Part shown: in pieces, positions 1-9,000 of the stretch
Numbering within the stretch: the first letter of the stretch is position 1
Layout of the letters: every line of letters begins with the position of its first letter
Assembly (NCBI GenBank): GCA_047975195.1
Contig: JBKEDB010000013.1
Coordinates: 4,106-68,105, forward strand
Direction of reading: 5' to 3'
DNA length: 64,000 nt
DNA from: Cumulibacter sp.
GTDB lineage: Bacteria; Actinomycetota; Actinomycetes; Mycobacteriales; Antricoccaceae
Translations under genes and position numbers: made by a program
Notes under the pieces: model-generated
Databases searched by the model: none
What the model was told of the DNA's origin: nothing
Seen by the model: only the letters and a program-made list of their open reading frames with translations

Positions 1-3000
1 GGGATATCGGCCAGGGCGGCATCAATGCGGACGTCGAGCGCGGTGAGGTCGCGAGTGTGTGCGTCGACCGAGCGCTGCGCCGCGAGTACGGCATCCGCAG
101 CGTCGCCAGCACTATTTGCCATCTGTAGCAGGGAAGTGCGCTCGCGCGCTTCCGCCATCACCGAATCGATCTGCGCGCGGCGGGCGACTATCCCTTCGGA
201 GAGTCGGTCGATGGCGGCGGGCTCGTCCGCCGATTCGAGCCGAGCGGTCAGGTAGGTAAGTTGCGCTACGTCTGTCCGCTGCAGCGCCGAGAGTGTCTCG
301 AGCGTTGTTACCCGCTCGTCGAGTTCCGCGCCGAGGGAGCGCTGTAGGTCCCGGATCGCCTGGTCAGCGAGAGCGGACGGCGCGGAATCGCCGCGCCGTG
401 TGCGCGCGTCAGCGATCTCACGTAGCTGGACGGCAGTTAGGGTGCGGTGTTCCGCGTGCGCGTCGAGCGCGGCGATCGCATTGGCGTGCGCGGCGTGAAC
501 CGTGGCGCTCGACGCTAACTGCTCAGCGGTTGCCGTGTGCTCGGCTACGGCGGCGACCGCTGCGTCGAGACGTTCGACGATCGCGCTGAGGCGCTCGGTG
601 TCGACGTTGGTGTGCTCGGCGCCGATCCGGGCGGCGACGCGCTGCAGCATGGTGTGGGTGTTCTCGACGACGAGAGCCTGCTGCTGCGCCTGCGCGGCTG
701 CTTCGGTCGCTGCGTCAGCGGCAGTGCGTAGGGCGTTGATGTGTTCGTGAGTGCTCGGGCTGTGCAGGGCGCGGGTGGTGAGACGTTGCTGCGCGGCGAA
801 GGCTGCCCGCGCGTGCTCGTTGGCTTGGTGTGCCTCCTGTTGCGCGAGGGCGTTCCGCTGTGTGGCGCGGTGGGATTCGAACTCCGCGATGGCGACCGCG
901 CTGTGCCGTTCGAGCAGTGCGAGCGCATTGTCGAGGTCATTGCGCTGGGCCCGCAGCTGGGTGGCCGCATCCTCGACGATGACCAACGCGCTGATCGGAG
1001 GCAATGTGGACTGAGGCGCCCGCGCCGAGTCGGCGGCGCGTGCGGCGTCGGAAGCTAGATTGGCCGCGCCGCGGTTGAGTGCGTCCATCCGCGCGATGAT
1101 CTCGACGAGGGCGGTGGTGTCGATGCCGTCACCGACCCGGGTGCTCAGTGCACGGGCATCCTCGAGCACCGACGTACTGTCGGCGATGATGCTGCGCGCG
1201 GTGTCTCGCGCCTGCTCGCTACGCGCGGCGAGGTCGGCGATCGGAATCGCCTTGTTCGCTACTTCGAGCGCGTCGCGGACTTCTGCGAGGTTCTGCGAGG
1301 CGGCATCGATTTCCGCACTCAGCGCAGTCCGCCCGCGCACGGAGTGGACGGTACGGACGGCATCGTCAATCCGTGCGGGGTGAGGTTGTTCGATCAGCCG
1401 GTTGGTGCGGCGGCTTAGGGTCTTGGCACGTTCGAGACGCCGTTCGGCGGCCGCTGCTGCGTTCCGGGCCGCGTCGAGCGAGGTGAGCGCGTTCTCGATC
1501 TCGACGCGCGCCGCAGGGTGGGAAGCCAGATATGTGGCCAATCGCGGTTGCAGACCGGCCGTTTCGGTGCGCAGTTGTGCAAGGTCGTCAGCGATCGTGT
1601 CCGCGCGTTCCGACTCCTGGGTGAGTAATGTGGCGATCGAGTTGACGGTGAGCGAACCGACCTTCTCTTCAGGTAGGTCCAGAACGCGCGTGGCGTCGTC
1701 GGTGTGCGCGATTCGTGCCCGCGCAGCGGCCACCTCGCCGCGTAGATACGCGGCTACCCTCTCCGGGGTCTGGTTGAGTCGCCTGGATTCGGACTCGTTC
1801 ATCGCGTCGATCGCGGTACGTGGTTGGCCCTCGCCAAGCGCCGCGTCCACGGCGGCACGAAGGTCGCGTAACTCCTCCGGCACGGTCTCGTCGGCCTCCG
1901 TGGCCTGTGTTGCCGCGATGACATCGAGCCAACGGTGCAGCCGTTGTGCCCGCCGGATTGCCTCGCCGCGAACCATCATGTCGTTGCGCGAGAGACCTTG
2001 CAGTGTCGTCTGTAGGGTCTCGACTTGCTGTCGAGGGGTGCGATCGAGTTGCGGATTCGCGCGATGTGCGCGCTGTCGCGCATCTTGCGCCTCGCGCTCG
2101 GCCTTCTGTAGGGCGCCTCGAACCTTCTCCACCTTTGCCGGAGCGCGTTCTTCGGCGATCTTGCCTGCGCGTTCGGCCGGTCCGATTCCAATGGCCGAGG
2201 CAACTGCCGCGAGCGCCGAAACCGCAGAGCGTCCGGTGAGCACGTCGGCGATCGCAGTGACAAACGGAGCGGTGGAGAAGCGCCCGAGATAAAACAGCCG
2301 AGACGCGACTCGTCGTACCGCCGGGTCGGAGGTCGCCGTTGCGGCAGGGGCTACGGTTCCCGCTGTTGACTCGGACGCCGCGGGCTTGCTGGTGACGTCT
2401 CGTTCGGATTCCGCGGTCTGCTCGGCTATGACCGGATCGAGGTCGGCGATCCGGGCCAAGATCTCGATGTTCCGGTCAGTGACCTGGCCGGCCACCAGGT
2501 CACGGGCCATTCCCGGCTGCGCGGCCTCCTGCACGGCGACCAGAGACTTCCACTTGTCCGGGCGAGCGAACCGGTCATGGAACTTACGCAGTTCGTTGGT
2601 CATTTCGACCGACCGCTCGCCTTGCCAACCGAGGCCCGTTGCAGACGCGCCGGCGAATAGTGCAGCGCCGATCGCGGAGCTACTCATGCCGCCGGCGGCC
2701 ATCATCGTCGCGGCGATTCGGCTGGTGAATACGGAGATACCTGCGGCGAAGTAGCGCCCGGACGCGAAGTCAGACAGTCCAGCGGTGAGCCGCGCACCGT
2801 TCTCCGGATGAGACTGCAGCACGGCGAGTTTCTGCTGGACTCGCTCTTCGAGTCGCTGCTGCAGCCGGATCGCCTCTTCCCGGTCGGGACCGTTGGAGAT
2901 TTCGTCAAGGGACGTAGCGATGTGTTCGCCGTATCGGGTTGCGATGTCGGCGACGGCGTGGTCGACCTCGCCGATGGCCAACCGAATCTCGCGCCGTAGC

Positions 3001-6000
3001 CGGCGAAATGGATTCAGCCGAGTGAACAGTGGCGCCGACACGATTTGTGCGGTGACGTCGAGGACCTTGTCGAGAGCCTGCTCAAGGCGAGCGGTATCGA
3101 TCGTCGGAGCAACCACAGAGGTGCCGGGCAGTGCGGCGCGTGCGCGGTCGGCGATCGCGGCGAGTTCGGTATGCAGCTCGATATTGTCCGCGTCGTCCTG
3201 CAACAGCGCGGTGATCTCGGCGATCCGTTCGGCGTCGGCCTCCTGCTGCTCGGCCCGCCGCAGCAGCAACTCGATTTGTGTGCGTTGAGCTTCGTACGCG
3301 TCTTTGGCAGCCACGTCGGTGGCGACCTGGCGTGCTCGAGCCTTCTGCGCCTGGACCCGGTTTTCTCTTTCCGCTTTCGTGCGGTCGATCCCCGGATCGC
3401 CGCTCAAACCGACCTTGCGCAGCAGCCCGCCGCCGATCGCACCGGCAACGAGGTACCCGGCCGACGCGACGCTCATCGCGACGGACTGGGTCGTCGACAT
3501 CTGGATCACGTCGATCACGTTGTGATCGGTGAGCACATCGGCGATGGGGAAGACGCCAAATGCCATCGCGCGGGCCAAAGCGCCGCCCATTGCCTTGAAC
3601 CGTACGGTCGACGCGCTGGCAATCTTGTCCAGCGAATCGACGTCCCGGCCAGGGGAGCTCTCCCGCTGACGCGCGATGTGTTCATCTACTTCGGCCTGCC
3701 CGCGCGCGTGCGCGTCAGCGAGCGCGCGAAGTCTCGCCTGGGCCTGTGTGCTGTTCGTGGACTCATCCGCATGCGCGCCAGCCAGGGACTCGCTCTCAGC
3801 CAGCGCACTGCGCACGTCGTGCAGCTCCTTGCGCAACTGTCCTGCCTGGCGGTCCTGGTCGGCAGTGCGCGGATTGCGGTCATTGGCGGTTCGGGTGTTG
3901 TCGGCGGCGCTGTGAAACTTTCGGATGTCCGCGATGACCGAGAGGGCGGTGGCGACAGCGCCGCCGGCCGCGGTGGCGATGAGTATCGGGACGGTGTCGA
4001 TAGAGCCGAGTGACATCGCCGCGCCTACACTCGCTGCGGCAGGGATCGCCTGCGCCGCCAGTGCTTTGACGGTGAACTGGCGAACCGGAGCGGGGGTGTC
4101 CGGGATAGCTCCGTTCTCGTTGGTGTTGAACGAACGCACAGCGTCCTTTAACCGAGAACTGCCATCTAGGTCCGGAATCCCCTGTAGGCGAGCGAAGTAC
4201 TGACTGACCGTATCCGGATCGAGATTGCCGTCCGAGTCGCGGTTGACGGTGAGATCGAGGCCGAGCGCGGTCAGTTCGGCGGCAACGGCGGCGCGGGCCG
4301 CAGCGCGATGACGTGGCTTGAGCGCCTCGAGGTCATCGAACCGCAGGAGCAATCCAGCGAGCCGGCCGATATCGCGCGGGCTGAGTGATGGATCGGTATC
4401 GGTGGCCACCTGAGAAATGACCGAAGGGACTTGCTGGTGCGGGTCGTCGGTCAGTAAGTCTTCGGAGTTGTTCACCGCGTCCGGCTCAAGGGTAGCGCTT
4501 GCGCGCGCAATCCCTTGTGCGATCACGATGGGTACGTTGGCGGTGGACAGATGCGTCGAGAGCGTGATGTCCACGACTGCCTCGATCGCCCGCTCGGCGC
4601 CCCTGCCCTGCATGCGGACGGGATCCGAAATATGAGTGCGGGCGATGTCGTCCTCGATTGACGCGACGGAATCGGTTGAGGTGTCGACCGTCGACAGGTT
4701 AATCGTCAATGAGCGGGTCGGCGAGGACACCGTGAGTCGAACGGTGCTGTCATCGCTGGCCGTGTGAGTGATCGTCATCCCGAGTGCTCGAGTAAGCCGA
4801 TCGAGCACGGACGCGCCGCGGCGCGGGGTGTCCTCCACCAGTGCGCGAAGCGCCGCGGGGGTGAGCGTCCCGCCATCATCTGGATCAATCGTTAGGCCGT
4901 GCTCAGCCAGTTGGCGATCAGGCGGTCGACTCGGGCCGGGTTCGGGATCATTGTTCGGGAGTGTTCCTTCGCGCCCACCCGACCCAGGCGTGCCACCGAG
5001 TAGTTCTCGGTGATACTCGACGATCGCGACCGCCTCAGCCGCGAGGGCGGGATACCGGGCGCGCGCGGCGGCCTCGATCTCCTGTCGCATCAACGAGCGG
5101 TGCTCGTCGGGTGCGAGCACCGTCATGAACGGCGCGAGGCGTGGATCGCTGGCCACCATTGACGCGAACGCCGCGCGTGCGTCTGGATTGCTGGCAACGA
5201 CATCGACGTGGGGCGGATGAGCGGCGAGAAACTCCGCGCGGGCCGCGTTGCGTGCGCTGAGAATATCCCGGCGTAGCTCGGGCGGCGCGGTCGCGGCAGT
5301 GTGGCCGGATTCGTCGAGCATGGTCCGCGCCAACTCATCGGCCCGTTGGTTCGCCTCACCTTCGACGTGGCTGCGCAAGGCGGCGACCTCCCGCGCGAAC
5401 TGGCGGCTTAGATCGCGGCGGTGCCGTCCGACGAACTCGCCGTCTTCGAGCATGGCGGCGTAGCCGTCCTTCAGTTCCAGCCCCGTCCGTCCTCGCATCC
5501 CATCGAGGTTCGCGACCGCAGAGCCGAGCCCGAGCGGATGAGTAATGCCGATCGGTAGCCCGGTGTGCTCGACTTCGAACTCCGTCGAACTCGGCGTACC
5601 ACCCAACTCGGTCCAGCGGAATTCAAGGCGCCCGTAGCCACGCTCGCTCTCTGGGCGAGGGTCGCTGTCGGCGACCGTTTCCAAAAAGCGCAACCGCAAG
5701 TGCTCGAACAGGCGGTTGGTGATCGCATGGTGTAGATCATCGTGGTGCGCGTCGAACTCGGCATTGTCGGTGAGCGCCGTTGCCGCCTGGGCCGCCAACA
5801 CCTGTTGTGCGGCCTCGTGATCGGCTCGCTGCTGGGGAGTCGCGCCGGGTGGTGGCGGGTCGGCCAAGGAACTCAGGTGCTGGGTGATCTGACTGATGAT
5901 GTCGTTCTTGGTGCGTGTGCCGGCTAGTGAAATTCCAAGATCGGCAGCGATCTGTCGCAGCGCCGGGGCGCGGTAGCTGGCGAGTGCATTGGGATGGGTG

Positions 6001-9000
6001 TTATGTCCGCGTCCGGAACGAGGATCGATCGAGCCGGGCGTGAGATGTGGATTTCCGAGGAGTTCGAGGACTCCGGGTGGACCGGCGGTCGTCAGCGCCT
6101 GGTTCAGGTCGGCCCGTCGCGCGGCGACTGTACCGTCCAAGTCGATCTGCAGGTCGGTGGCAATGCCCTCGTGTTCCTGCGCGGTACGCCGATGCGCGTA
6201 CGCCTCCTCTTGGGCGTTCTGCGCGGCTGCGCGCAATTCCGCGCTGCGAGTCGGGTCGGTTTCGGCCGCAGCGGCGGAAGTCAGCCGCTCCGACTGGCGC
6301 TGGGCTGTTTCCGCGTTCGCGATGGCTTCATCCTGTAGTGCCCGGATATCAGCGATCTGGGTGGCGAGGCGCTGACGCACGGATCTGTCGAGCAGCACCT
6401 CGTCGAGCTGCGGGAGCTCCTCATTGACGATTGCGTTCGCGATGCGTGCGAGTGCGTAATCCGCGGACCGGACCGGAACGCTCTGATAGGTCCCAGAGGT
6501 GACGACGCCGTGATCGGCATCCAGCGCCGTGAGCAGCGGATGGCCGGTGTTCGGAATATGTGTTTCCCACGGCGCGATCTCGTTCGCGAGCACGTGCGCC
6601 TGCGCCTGTGTCATGCCCTCGCGCATGGCCGCGATCTCGGCGTGTTCATGGGCGATGAGGTCGAGATCGGTATCTAGGTGGCTGGTGTCGCCGATTGCGA
6701 GGCGGAGCCACGCCTCCGCGACGTTCACGTCCCCAGCAAACGGTAGTTGGATCTCGCGGCCGTTGAAACTATGCGTGATGATGTCCCGGAACAGATGCAT
6801 CTTGATGTCCTGGATCATCCGCATCGTGACCGGGACCGGACCGTCCGCCGTGGGGATCTGCTGACCGTCAAGAGTCGCGGCAATGCGCAGCGCATCATCT
6901 GTCAACGCCGCGATCATCAGTCGCCCCCGCTCGGCGAGCTCGGCCTGCGCGCGATCCGGCGGCGCGGGCGTGGTCTGGTTGGTCCCGCCTGATGCGATCT
7001 GGGTTAGCCGTGGTGAGTTTGATTCGGCGACGGATTCGGCGCGCTCGTCACGCGCCGCAGTGCTGTCGATGTCGCTGGTGGCAGGCGTGGCGGGATTCGC
7101 TTCCTCGGTAACGGAGGCCGACCGCTCGGCAGGCGATGACGCACTCTGGGTGTCGGTTCTGGAGTCCGAGGTGTGCTGTCGTGGCGAAACCTGATCCGCG
7201 ATCCTAGCCGCAGCGCTCTTGCGCGCATCCCTTTGTTGCGCAGCTTCCTGGCGCGTCGCGGGCGCTGGTCCATCTGCTGCAGCCTGGCTCGTCAGGTGCT
7301 GCAACACGGTTACTTCGGCTACCTGGTGGGTAAGTAGATCGACATCGGCTTGGGTCGGGTCTCCACCGATGAGCCGTGCGTACGCCTCTTGCGCCGCGGT
7401 AACCGCGTGCTGCCCATCGCGCCTCACCGAAGAATCGGCCGAGAAAGTGTGCGACATCGCCGCGCTGATCTGAGTCGGCGTCAGATTGATCCCGTGAGTA
7501 TCAAAGTCGGCCGTCTGTAAGCTGTCGGCAGCCAGCCGGACGGCAGGCGGCACCACCGGCACGTTGAACGCGATCATCGGGCTAATCATCGATCCGAGGC
7601 GCGATCGCAGCGATTGTTGGGTGTCGGCGCGAGCCGTGCTGTCCGAGGTCGTCGTAACGCCGGGGGTCGAACTGTGAGCGGCTGGGCTGGCGACCGCATC
7701 TGTCTGCGTGTTCGGCCGGTCAGCGGCGGTGTTGTCCTCGGCGGTGGACGTGCCGGACTGCTCATTCGGCGTGGCCGCTATTGACGAATATGAGCCGCCC
7801 TCGTTCGCTGCTGATTCGTCGACCTGCGTGTCGACCTCTGACGATTGGTTGGCTACCGCCGGGTCGCTGGGCGTGGCGTCGGGATCTGTCGCCCTCAAGG
7901 CAGTCTCCGCAGAACTGTCCGCGGCGGTGGCCGATTCTTCGGTGGAGTTCTGCTCGGAGATCGACGTGTGCTCGGCAGAGGTGTGTTCGGAGGTGCTGGG
8001 CTCCTCGACGGCGTTCGATTCGACGGTGCTCGTTGCTTCCGACGTGACGTCGGTGTTCGCGCTGGCCGCGACCTCGGTGGCCGCGTTGCTGTTCTCGCCC
8101 GCGGCGTTGTCGGGCGCCGCATTGGCAGCTGCGGTGTCGCTCGCCTCCGCGGTAGCGGCGGTGCTCTCGGCGTTGGATGCCGGCGTCGAGCTCGTCGTCT
8201 CTGATGAGGCGGATTCTGGTGATGTGGTCTGTGATGACGTGGTTTCTGCCGACGTCGATTCGGTCGCGTTCGAACTCGATGTTGCGTTGGACTGCGAGTT
8301 GGTCTGCGATGACTGGCTACCGGATTGAGTGCTGCTTTGGCTGCTTGAGTGCGATCCCGAGCCGGTCCCGGCCTGTGTCGACTGACTGCTCGGTGTCGAC
8401 TGACCGCTTGGCGCAGCCTGGCCGCCCGGTGCGGCGGCGACCGCGCCGCTCTGCTGTCCGCCGTCGCTGGCGCTGGAGGTGTCCACGGATTGAGCCGCCG
8501 GCGTACTGGAGGAGTATTGCGTAGCGGATCCAGAATCTGTGGCGGTCGAACCTTGGGCACCAGCTTGTGACGCCTGGCCGCTGGTCTGTGCGGACGATTG
8601 CGTGCCACTGTTGCCTTGCGACGATGCGCTGCTTTGCGTCGAACTCTGCGACTGTCCGCCGTTCTGTGTCGCGCCGTCCGGGTTCGTGCTCACCGAGGGC
8701 TGCCCGGCGTTGCTGGGCTCGACACTCGGGGCTGCTGTGGTCGAGGGGCTGGGCGCGGTGATGTCGGCAGCCATCGAGGTGGCCGCAGTCCGCAGGTTGG
8801 TCATCGTGTCGGGTGAAAATGGACTCGCCGTGTTGTATCGCCCGGCCGCGGTCGCCGCCGCGCCAAGCAGAGCATCAGGGCTGAACGCTGCCGCGAGGTC
8901 CCAGTTCCCATATACCGCGCCGTTTGCGATATAGCTGCCGGTAGGGGAGGCCAGCATGTTCGTACCGGCAGAGATTGCCAGGTTAGTCATGTGCTGGCCG

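Noticed and set aside
6641-6650. Possible HExxH zinc-metallopeptidase motif in the giant protein ('AHEHAE')
   Set aside because: The fifth residue is Glu, not His (H-E-H-A-E), so it is not HExxH. It is kept only as an unspecified His/Asp/Glu cluster.
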